A stretch of DNA of 62,451 nt, counting the filler, from Squatina squatina (taxonomy: Eukaryota): assembly GCA_031763465.1 (NCBI GenBank). It is 3 parts of 2 records of this genome, joined end to end, with 100 filler letters (N's around TTAATTAATTAA, not from the genome) between each part and the next. Parts side by side here need not be neighbours in the genome. Positions count along the whole stretch, not along the records: positions 45,721 to 62,451 come from JARFOE010000189.1; 2 more parts are not named here. The stretch is one strand, 5' to 3'. A program made the translations under genes and the position numbers. The notes beneath the pieces were generated by a model. It ran no database searches and was not told the DNA's origin. It saw nothing but the letters and a program-made list of their open reading frames with translations. Shown here piece after piece: positions 50,523 through 62,451 of this stretch. Within the stretch, counting starts at the first letter, position 1, and every line of letters starts with the position of its first letter.

Positions 50523-53500
50523 TTACAAGCTCTAGCTTCCCCTACCTCTTTGTTCTGTTGTAGGAACTGGCTACTGTGATTCCTCAATTAACTGGTTGTG
50601 TTCCTAATGTGGCTTGGAGAAAAATTGACTGTTCTCCAGGATGGGTTATGCTGCTGTGTGCTGCACTACTTCACGGTATAACTGGCACAACTTCCCCAAT
50701 CAATACACAAGGCATTCAAAGGTTAAGATTCAATCTCCCAACCATATAGCCAGGAGCAAAATAATCTACTATTAACAGCTCTATTGTCACTAAAAACTGC
50801 CATGATAACATCACTGTGATTTTGGTACTGTGCAAAACTTAATCTGGCAATGAGTTTGAGGTGAGCTGAAAGACTCACTAGCTTCTATGAGGCATCGGCA
50901 TGTTTATACCATAATTTCCAATCCATAATTTATTTTTCTCTGCTACCTTTCCAGCTTGTTGTAACACTTTCCTATTCCATTGACTGACATCATTGATAAA
51001 CCATAACTGTGCTCGATTCCACTTTAGGATTCATTTTTCTCAGGTTAAAAAGTTTTAAAGTGAAAAACAGTTTTGGGGATTTTATGTCAGATGGGGTCAG
51101 ATTTACCCCATTCATATGCAAGTGTTAATCTATGTGAAATGTCATGTGTAACTGCACATTTTGCATACAGTTATTTTACCTTGATTTGGTATCAGGAAAT
51201 TTTGTGCACTGTCAGAACTGAGATCCAAATCATTATATGGACCGTAAATTAATGAGATACACACTAAGTGTGCATTACTGACCATGGGCAGAAAGGAAAA
51301 TGTCAAGTAAAGGAGCAAGAGACAAAAAAGATATTCTCTGATGGCAGAGACCATGAAACAGGGCAACATTTCCAAACCAATAAACTTCAAGTTAAAATGG
51401 CGCGAGGAGTGGAAAGAAGTCATAAAACGCTAAGCTCTATCTACAAACAAGTTGAACAGTGCAGGCAGAGTATATGGATGTTACACATCAAGCGCTATTC
51501 AAGGTCACAGGATGAAGCTTAAATATCCCAAGACCACCAGATGATGGTAAAGGAGAATGTTGCCCAATTGTTTGCTCCAGAAATTTTGACGGGGAGGGTT
51601 TGGTTGTGAGGACATAGCTTCAAAAGGCACCTGAAAGGAAATTGGCAGCCAGCAAGTTCACATGGTTCATAATCTTGTTTGGGATATTCTGCATTTTGAT
51701 AAACTTTAGTGATAAAGTATATGCTTTTTTTCTTTTGAAGCCATCCATACACAACAAATACACTGTATTAAAATTGCCTTCTTTATTCCACTACATCATT
51801 CACTGTCATGCTGAAGGCCAAATGGTAAATGCAGACCTGTAAATTTAGCTACAAGTTCCATCACCAATAATGCAATGTTATATGCATTCTGTCCAAGTAC
51901 TGAAGTGGCCTATAAGGTGAACTGATCTATGCAGACAAACTTACATGTTCCATTAGATACTTGAAAAAGACAAGAGTTTGTCTAAATGCAACAAAGTCAC
52001 AGTCAACTTTCAAAATATAACATAATCCTCATATGGGACTCAAAGAAACGATTGTCCATGCTGGCTATACTATAATCCATAGTCACAATTGGCCACGGGT
52101 CACTTTAAGGAACTGCTGTAAGTCCTGGCAACATTGCAAATAGTAATTGGCTTCTTCTTCACAGACGTGCTGGGATCTACACAAGAATTCAGTAGCTCCT
52201 ATACAGGTCCACATACCTCCAGTGTGAAAGACAATGTCTCCTCCAAATCCTTCCCATCTATAGCCAGGAGCCTTGATTTAAAGTAGCTCTGGAGAGGATG
52301 AGCTGGACCGCAACATGCAGTGGAACCTGAAGAAATATGGATGTGGAAGATGATGACGAAGATTATGATAGTCCCCTTGATTCTGATTCAATATACTCCG
52401 AAACATCCATTAGAGAAGAGTCATGTGTTCAGCATTACGTGGTCAAAATACATCCAATTTGGGCCAGGATACAAGAAGCAGCCGGAAAGACAAAGAGGTC
52501 GAGGGCTAAAAGTTTCTGGAATCCTGAAAAAAGATATCCGTAGTACCTTGCAAATTCAGAATGAACACAAGGAGAAAAGTTCTAATTCTGTTGCTGTCAT
52601 TCAAAGACAAGCATGGATCAATTAAGCAACAGTGCGAATAAAATCTCATTAGACTGGCTGCTATCGTTTAGGGCATTCAATCTGCATTGTTGTTTAACAT
52701 GCCAGAGTAAGGCTTTATGAAATTTCGNNNNNNNNNNNNNNNNNNNNNNNNNNNNNNNNNNNNNNNNNNNNNNNNNNNNNNNNNNNNNNNNNNNNNNNNN
52801 NNNNNNNNNNNNNNNNNNNNNNNNNNNNNNNNNNNNNNNNNNNNNNNNNNNNNNNNNNNNNNNNNNNNNNNNNNNNNNNNNNNNNNNNNNNNNNNNNNNN
52901 NNNNNNNNNNNNNNNNNNNNNNNNNNNNNNNNNNNNNNNNNNNTTCAACAGCACCTTCAGAACTAAGGGACGATGCACAATGCTGAGAAGCATTACCCAT
53001 CAGTAAAAGTAAATACACCTGTTGAAATCGGAGCAGGAACCAACTATATTAATACTATTCATATATTTGCTAAAATCAGTTTGCATATTTAAAAATATTC
53101 TGGCCCATGCTTCAACATCCTCCTCTGCTTTCTTCCTCTGTCCTGTCTGAATCTTATCAAATGAAAAAAGCTTTACACTGTAGTTTGATTCTTGTGCAAA
53201 TGAATACATATTTATGCACACCATTAATACCTGGTTCACAAGCACATTCCCAATGAACTCATAAAACCAGAGATAAAATAGCACAAGGCCGAGAAACATG
53301 GCTGGTTATACCCCTAAATAATGTATGCTTGAGTTGCCAGAACAACTATACATAATTCTATATGTGCCCAAATATGCCAAAATTTTGCTGTTCAAAAATG
53401 CCTTTGCATTTGCATATATACACAAAGGATGAAAAACAGTCCATTCTCCACACATCATCAATCAATGTAAGCCCCTCGGATGCTCAACATTTAAAAAAGA

Positions 53501-53907
53501 GGCGTACCATAAAAATCCCATGCTGAGGAAGCATCTATTCCCTGATTGTAAGGGTGTGACTCAGATGAGTTTGGGCAGTCTCTATTTAATTCCTTATGTG
53601 CATCGCTCCACAGTGCAACTGCCCAATTTAGCACGAAATTGACAATTTCATTCAAAAATGGTATGGAAAATGTACGGGGTCATGTTAGTGCAATGTTGGC
53701 AAGGTTCTCTCCTGAGGCTGTGCCTCATTGTTTGAGTAGAATAGAGGGAAGCTTTAGTCAGCATCTAACTGTACTATACCTAGAACTGGAACTGCTTGTT
53801 TCATAAAAGAAAAGCCAAAAAGAAAATTGCACACTGGTAATGCCACTGAAGGAAAATGCTGACATTTCATTAATCTTACTACTACTATTAACTGAGTAAG
53901 TTGCTTA

Positions 53908-54135
<228 letters not shown>

Positions 54136-54630
54136 CTATAGTAAACTAGCAATAAACATAATGCCATAGAAAGCTCATTCACACAGTTCTAATAATGTTT
54201 AGCTGTGGGATTTATTGCATCTGCCCATAATTCATTGGACAGCATTGTTGCCTTTGCTCCACATTACAGTTATGGAGCAAGAATGCATCATCATCATTGA
54301 CTAGCCCTTATCTGACTGTCTGCTGCCTTTTTCCTACTTAGTACTCTGTGGGAGTTGAAATTCTTTTCAGTAAAAAGACCTAACCATAACAAAAGCATTA
54401 CACCCGTTTAATAGTGCATTAAAAGATTCGCAACTCTCTCCCTTTTTTCCCTGAAGATATGGACTCTTGTTGGAGATATTGGCAGTTCTCCAATACTTCA
54501 CCCACGTGGCCATTCTTTATGCATCAGCCTNNNNNNNNNNNNNNNNNNNNNNNNNNNNNNNNNNNNNNNNNNNNNNNNNNNNNNNNNNNNNNNNNNNNNN
54601 NNNNNNNNNNNNNNNNNNNNNNNNNNNNNN

Positions 54631-55915
<1,285 letters not shown>

Positions 55916-57022
55916 NNNNNNNNNNNNNNNNNNNNNNNNNNNNNNNNNNNNNNNNNNNNNNNNNNNNNNNNNNNNNNNNNNNNNNNNNNNNNNNNNNNNN
56001 NNNNNNNNNNNNNNNGCGGTATGAAAAGGAATTTTATGTTCCATGGTTTCTGGGTCCACATGGGTGTTATAAATTGTAACGATCACTCTTTGAAACCACA
56101 TCCACAATTAATTTGTATTCATCCATTTAGGGAATTTCTTTGTCCTCCGAAGGCAGTTATTTGAGAGGAAGGTTTGTTTTAAGTAAAGAATTGACGAGGG
56201 CAAAGGGTTAAGAGAATCAAAAACACATGGCCAGATGCATAAAGCTTTTTATGTGCCATCATTTTTTTTCAGCAGTGTAACGAACTGGCAGGTTGTAATC
56301 AAACAATATAATTATGATCCCGCAGAAGGGAAAGATTACGTTTACCAATAAATCACAAGATCAATCGAGCCAGATCATGGTCAAATGATAAAACACAAAA
56401 CTCCATTGCCGAAGCCCATCAAATAATTCCCAAGTGACAGTGGCGAGGAATGATGTAGTCATCCTCATCAACAGACATTATCTGCCTTTTCATGTTGGTT
56501 CTCTCTGTGAATGCTTTGCTCCTCTCGGCGAGGGAGGTTAGTGCTGTGAATGGAACACTGTCCATTTCCACAACTGGTCAGCATCAAGAATTCTCAGGTT
56601 AGGTGTAACACTCTACCCTGCCCCGTCAACGTGCCTCAGCCCCTAACTCAGATGAGCCACCCCCCTCCACTCCCCCACTTCACCACTGTGACAGTTTTCC
56701 CGCTTGCTATACCAGCTGCCATCTTGTGGCCTCTCTGAGTAAAATCACCAATTGACACAGAAGTAGGGCTGCTGACTAGTTAGGAACTGGGTTATGACTG
56801 ACCAAAGTCATTTTACNNNNNNNNNNNNNNNNNNNNNNNNNNNNNNNNNNNNNNNNNNNNNNNNNNNNNNNNNNNNNNNNNNNNNNNNNNNNNNNNNNNN
56901 NNNNNNNNNNNNNNNNTCTGTTGTGTTCACTCAAACTTCTTTATTCCTGTGAGAAAGCTCCAATTTTGACAAGCATTTCCTCTACGCCTCTCATTCCTGG
57001 TATAATTCTGATGAATGTTCTC

Positions 57023-57437
57023 GGAACATAGGAATAGGAGGAGGCCATTCAGCCCCTCGAGCCTGTTCTGCCATTCAATGATATCATGGCTGATCTGCAA
57101 CCTAACTCCATCTAACCAAGTTTGCCCCATATCTCTTAATACCTTTGGTTAACAGAAAGCTATCAATCTCAGATTTAAAATGAACAATTGGCCTAGCACC
57201 AATTGCCATTGACGATCGAGTGTCCCAAACTTCTACCTCCCTTTGTGTGTAGAGGTGTTTCCTAATTTCACACCTGAAAGGTCTGGCTCTAATTTTTAAA
57301 CTGTACCTCCTAGTCCTGGAATCCCCAACCAGCAGAAATAGTTTCTCTATCTCTACCCTATCTGTTCCTCTTAATATCTTGAAAATTTTGATCAGATCAC
57401 CCACTAACCTTCTAAACTCTCGGGAATACAACTCTAA
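57023..57437 (-). mobile_element. CR1 LINE 3' end
   Basis: LYSREFRRLVGDLIKIFKILRGTDRVEIEKLF...SRTRRYSLKIRARPFR...FKSEIDSFL. Confidence 0.88.
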
Positions 57438-57439
57438 CT

Positions 57440-57630
57440 GCCCTTCTCACTGCCCTTTCCGTGGTTTTAATATTCTTCCTACACTGGGGGATGTGCAATC
57501 TTTTCACAGTCGAAAGACAGCACCTCCGACAGTGCAGCACTCCCTCAGTACCGCACTGGGAGTGTCTGTCTAGATTTTGTGCTTGAACCCACAACCTTCT
57601 GATTCAGAGGCAAGAGTGCTACCGTTGACA
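57440..57630 (-). mobile_element. DeuSINE 5' portion
   Basis: gacagtgcagcactccctcagtac...gaacccacaaccttctgattcagaggcaagagtgctacc is the reverse complement of the head at 41670-41800. Confidence 0.65.
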
Positions 57631-58989
57631 CATATAAATGCAAATGCATTTGAGTCCTATAATGAAAGTGACACTATTTTNNNNNNNNNNNNNNNNNNNN
57701 NNNNNNNNNNNNNNNNNNNNNNNNNNNNNNNNNNNNNNNNNNNNNNNNNNNNNNNNNNNNNNNNNNNNNNNNNNNNNNNNAAAATCGCGTACCTCGCAAT
57801 TAGTTCACAAGAGTTGGCATTATTGAGCCTGCTCTGTCACAGCTGCTACAGGTCAGCACTCTGCTTCATATGATTAAAAACACAAAATCACTTTTGCTTT
57901 TAGATTATAATGGTTTCAATGCTCGTGTAGGGTATGTTGGATTCAAACCCGAAGCTGTTTCTGATGCAGCGGCAGCAGCACAGTTCGAAATCCTCCCTTT
58001 GCTACAGAAGAAAAATCATGAGTTGTTACAGTTGACTCATGAGATCGTAAATTGGGGCAATTTTTAAATTAAAAATCGCATGTCTTGCAATTAATTTGCA
58101 AGAGTTGGCCTTACTGCATACCCAGGAATGACTGGGATACATAAATGCAGGCCCTGAGTAAGGATGGCTGTGGACATAAAGCTCCAGGTGTTGTTGCATC
58201 TCATCTACATCATGCGGCTATTTGCAACCCAAACAAATTCCCGTCCTCTGCACTTTAGCACTTTGAATTTCAATTGCAGCAGCAACTAATACTGCTGCCA
58301 AAAGATTTACCAAAAAACATCACACTCCTCAGCAACAAACATTAACAGGAGGAGCAAAATGCAACCAAATATGAATACTAACACACTGTGCCATACCTGG
58401 CATGAGACTGTTTGACTCTGACATTGGATGCCCAATACAGCTTGTGTTCTATTTCCCAGCACTAACATCGCTCACATGATTAATGTTGAGAAAATATTTT
58501 TTTTAAATCTTGTATTATAAGCTTAATTCAAAGAGGTGACTGATTATGATAAAGACAAAAATAAAATGGAACACGTTCCTAAACTGGGAAATCAAGTTAA
58601 GTCAACTTCCTGGGTACAGCTCTGAAAACAAAAGGTCAAAATGACTCAACATGAAGTTGATAATATCAGTTTTGAAATGGTTTACTAATAGCAAAAATTA
58701 TGAATCTATCAATTTACTAGTAATGCATGCTCAAGTGAGCAGTTTTTGAGTCAATGATGGACTTTTGTAAGATAACCAATTTGGAAATTTCTCAACATCT
58801 GGAATGCATATGAAGCAACTCAGCCAGTAATGTCTGCTTCAAAACAAATTCGGTGGTTAAATTAATGATTAAGTTCCAGCATTCTTAACACCATATAAAA
58901 AAAGAGGCAGTCATTTTTCTGTGACTATTGCTAATGACTAGATTTTCAGAATTTGTCACAAATAATAGGAATCTGCCCGATCTCAATCA

Positions 58990-59210
58990 ACTCCTTCACC
59001 CAAAGAATGATAAGAATGTGGAACGTGCTATCACAAGGAGTAGTTGAGACAAATAGCATAGATAAATTTAAGGGGAAGCTAGATAAGCACATAAGATAGA
59101 AAGGAATAGAAGGATACAGTTAGATGAAGATGGGTGGGAGGAGGCTCATGTGAAACATAAAATCCATAGAGACCATTTGAGCCAAATGGCCTGTTTCTGT
59201 GCAGTAGACT
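58990..59210 (+). mobile_element. CR1 LINE 3' end
   Basis: FTQRMIRMWNVLSQGVVETNSIDKFKGKLDKH. Confidence 0.75.
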
Positions 59211-61881
59211 TGATGTAACTCGATGTGAAGTGATGCTTTCCTGTCAGGTAAATAGCTATCAGAGTTATTCTGTTATGGAACCACCAAATGAGAATTTCCG
59301 TGGTTAGATGACACAGAAATGACAAACCATGCCTCCTGCATGTAGAAATAATAATTTAACACTAGCTATCAATCTTCTCTAATGAAATATCAAATGCTAA
59401 CACTGACTCCTGGAATAAGTGGATAGGATACTTCATGTTCTGATTCAACAAAGAGTTGAGTTATTTTTTCACCCAACTGCTCAGAGAAGTATCCAACTGA
59501 GTGAGGGACCAGAGGCTGAAAGGTNNNNNNNNNNNNNNNNNNNNNNNNNNNNNNNNNNNNNNNNNNNNNNNNNNNNNNNNNNNNNNNNNNNNNNNNNNNN
59601 NNNNNNNNNNNNNNNNNNNNNNNNCGTCTGGAATACATTTTGACTAGCTGGAGCGAAGCCAAACCAATATGGAGAGAACTATTTTGTAGTAAACCTACCC
59701 TGTAATCATTAAATTACATTCTCAAATTAGGTACCCAGTTCTGCTCTTTGTGCAAACCATACTTCACATCTTTAACAGGCTGATTCTGTCTTACATGGAA
59801 CTTTGCAAGATAGTTCTTCCTGTTGCAGCTGAAAGAAGTAGGATGTGTGTTCTTTGTGGTCTACCAGACTTGATTTGAACTCTGTTATAAATGAAAGCTG
59901 GACACTATTCCCTTTCAACGCATTTCATACTGAAGGTAATGGAACATCATCGATGCATTATCTTCCTTCCTCCTCTCCACCTGCCTCGCCTTTCAATTAC
60001 TTTTTTCTCTCACACTCCACTAGACCTCACACTATAAACCATTGTGCAGGAGCCTGAGAGGATGTTGTCTTCATCGGGCCTGTGTTAAATAATGGTGATG
60101 GGTGTACGCTCTGGAGTTAGCACAATCAATACAAGCCTTGGGCAAGGATGGAGATTAGAAATAAAACATTTTCCTCACAGGATAGTGGACGTGTGTACTT
60201 GATTTGGGCTCAATTGGCACATTTAAAATCCATTGAGAAGAGGACCAAGGGTTAGAGAGATATTAATAGCACACTGATATTATTTAGGGGACAGAACAGC
60301 AGGAACTCAGCAGCCTAGAAATTGATTCGCGTCGGCCTGCCAGTACGAACTGGGTGACGGGACCGACTCCTGTGCCGGAATGGGTAAGCCCAAGGCACAC
60401 CCAATATTGGGCCTCGTTTATATAAGACTGGCCAGCTATAGATGTCCCCAGGCACCTCACTGCCGAATTGAAGCTGGATTTCAGTCTGCTGCATCATCAC
60501 GAGCAACCCGCCGGTCGGTCCTGGGAGGGGAACAGGCGGCGATTGGGATGGGATGGTGGGGTGGAGCAATCGGGAGGAAAGGTGGCGANNNNNNNNNNNN
60601 NNNNNNNNNNNNNNNNNNNNNNNNNNNNNNNNNNNNNNNNNNNNNNNNNNNNNNNNNNNNNNNNNNNNNNNNNNNNNNNNNNNNNNNNATGATCTCATTG
60701 AATGGCGGAGCAGGCTCGAGGGGCCGAATGGCCTACTCCTGTTCCTATTTCTTATGGTCCTCTGGTCTAAAAGCAGACAATAACTAAATAATCTGGCCGA
60801 TTTCCGGGCGAGGAATCCCGTCCCTGGTGTTGCAAACGCAAAGCTCCACAGCGAGTCGGGAAACCCGAACTTCCGGGGATTTTCATTGTATCCCGGGCTC
60901 TCCCCGCACCGTGTGGGGGGTGAGATCCGGCAAAATCCAGCCCAATCTATCCGTAGGCATGCAATCAAGCCCGTCCACTGATTGATAACCCTCGACCAGG
61001 TCCGCCTCTAAGTCAGCACTGCCATAGAGGTAAATAGACCCAGCTCTTTGCGTCTATCTGAGTGGCCAGGAATCATTCTCGTAGCTCTCCCTCTGAACCT
61101 TCTCCAAGGCCTTTCTATCACCCACCATGTGAGCCGACCAAAACTGGGCCCAGTACTCCAGATGTGAATGTGAGTGCCGTTGGTTTAAAACCTTCAGTGT
61201 TTGATCTCAATTTAGATGAAGACTATTACATCAATTGCTCATTTATACTAAACAGAGGAACAGGCCACACTGCTCCAAATTACTTACGGAGCAATAATTG
61301 TTTCAGTGCTTGCAGGAAGCAACTAATAGAGTTGAGTAAGTTAGCAAAGGTTCAGATACCCATTTGGGTTCAAATTAGCCCAAAACACATCAAACCTAAA
61401 CCGAGAACCGGGCCCAATACTATCGTTCCGTTACTTATAAGGGCTGGAAATGTTGTGGTTTCTTTTTAAACTGTTCACCATTTCCAATTGAANNNNNNNN
61501 NNNNNNNNNNNNNNNNNNNNNNNNNNNNNNNNNNNNNNNNNNNNNNNNNNNNNNNNNNNNNNNNNNNNNNNNNNNNNNNNNNNNNNNNNNNNACCTTAAA
61601 ATGCCTTGCAATCATTGTGTGGGACTTGGAACGGCCATTTTGAAGATTTTTTCTGATCATGGCTCACCGTTTGAAAATTACAAAAATCGGGTTATTCAAC
61701 CATGTTGAATTGGGGATGGATAGAAGAAGGAAGGCGACCTTGACTGTATGTAATGTTTGGGAGTTTGCAAGCTTTGTGGGGGGTGAAAGCAGAAGCCGCA
61801 CAAGCAAACATGAATATTTTATCAAAGCAGAACAGTCTGTTATTTTGAGTTTATGTCTCTGATGTTCGAATGACATCAAAT

Positions 61882-62053
61882 TTAATGGCCAACTTGTGAT
61901 TGTTCTGGTTTAATGCTCCACCAATTCGCCAGCACTGGTGAGACATTACATCTGTTGTCGGTCTCAGTTAGACTCGATGCAGTGACAGGCCAGACGAGAC
62001 TGACAGAGACATCAGCATCGTGAACCCTTCCAGGCCTCTCTAAGAGGTCATAG
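61882..62053 (-). CDS. Candidate terminal exon of an unidentified gene upstream of CNNM1
   Basis: Strong acceptor gtttttttttatccctttcAG. Only one frame stays open (56 codons: YDLLERPGRVHDADVSVSLVWPV...NVSPVLANWWSIKPEQSQVGH*). Not recognised. Confidence 0.25.
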
Positions 62054-62399
62054 CTGAAAGGGGATAAAAAAAACACTCACTGGGATAACAGTGACTAATG
62101 CTCAGGATGAAGCAAAGCATTTTGAAGGGGGATTATTTTATTTACACTCCGATCGTGAGGCACCAGTGGAAAATGGAAGGTTCCTGGGAGTTTGAGTTGC
62201 ATCAGCTCCTGGAAAACCATAAAGTTCCTTCAGTGTAATTCATTCATTCTGACATACTGAGCTTTGCTGTACAAGAGAGTCTAAATAAATAAAGTCCTTC
62301 AGATTGTGTACGCCAAACACTCTTTGGGTAAAATCAGTTGTGTGAATGCAGAGGCTGTCTCCAACTCTTAAGGAGGCACTGCCTTGGTACCTAAGCCCT

Positions 62400-62451
62400 A
62401 TCATAGGAACATAGGAACAGGAGTAGGCCATTCAGCCCATCAAGCCTGTTC
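62400..62451 (-). mobile_element. CR1 LINE 3' tail (runs off the window)
   Basis: cataggaacataggaacaggagtaggccattcagccc. Confidence 0.7.

Noticed and set aside
56016-56061. MWTQKPWNIKFLFIP as the CNNM1 N-terminus (514-aa ORF)
   Set aside because: Joined only by reading through 100 Ns; AT-rich and unlike the exon. The true start lies in the gap.
57781-58110. Imperfect direct repeat of about 38 bp (aaaatcgc...gcaatta...caagagttggc) as a CRISPR-like array
   Set aside because: Only two degenerate units inside a MITE-like vertebrate repeat; no array or cas genes.

Overview
Fragmented, gap-rich vertebrate genomic scaffold with dozens of 100-N and 10-N gaps and two artificial TTAATTAATTAA linkers. 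The repeat content (CR1, L2, RTE, DeuSINE/SacSINE1-like SINEs, palindromic and GC-rich non-autonomous elements) points to a cartilaginous fish (inference). Three things stand out. (1) Positions 14-6721 hold three decayed minus-strand copies of a spumaretrovirus (foamy virus)-like pol. Together they cover RT, connection, RNase H and the full integrase, including a candidate central polypurine tract. (2) An unrecognised decayed plus-strand ORF (3935-4837) is joined without a gap to one pol copy. It shares ordered protein motifs with a second decayed ORF 35 kb away (39258-39692), so the pair is a candidate uncharacterised, possibly virus-accessory, protein family. (3) A partial CNNM1 gene lies on the minus strand: exon 1, exons 2-3, the penultimate exon and a candidate last exon are visible, and the middle exons were not found. 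Adjacency across N gaps is unreliable. All homology calls are by eye against remembered sequences; no searches were run.
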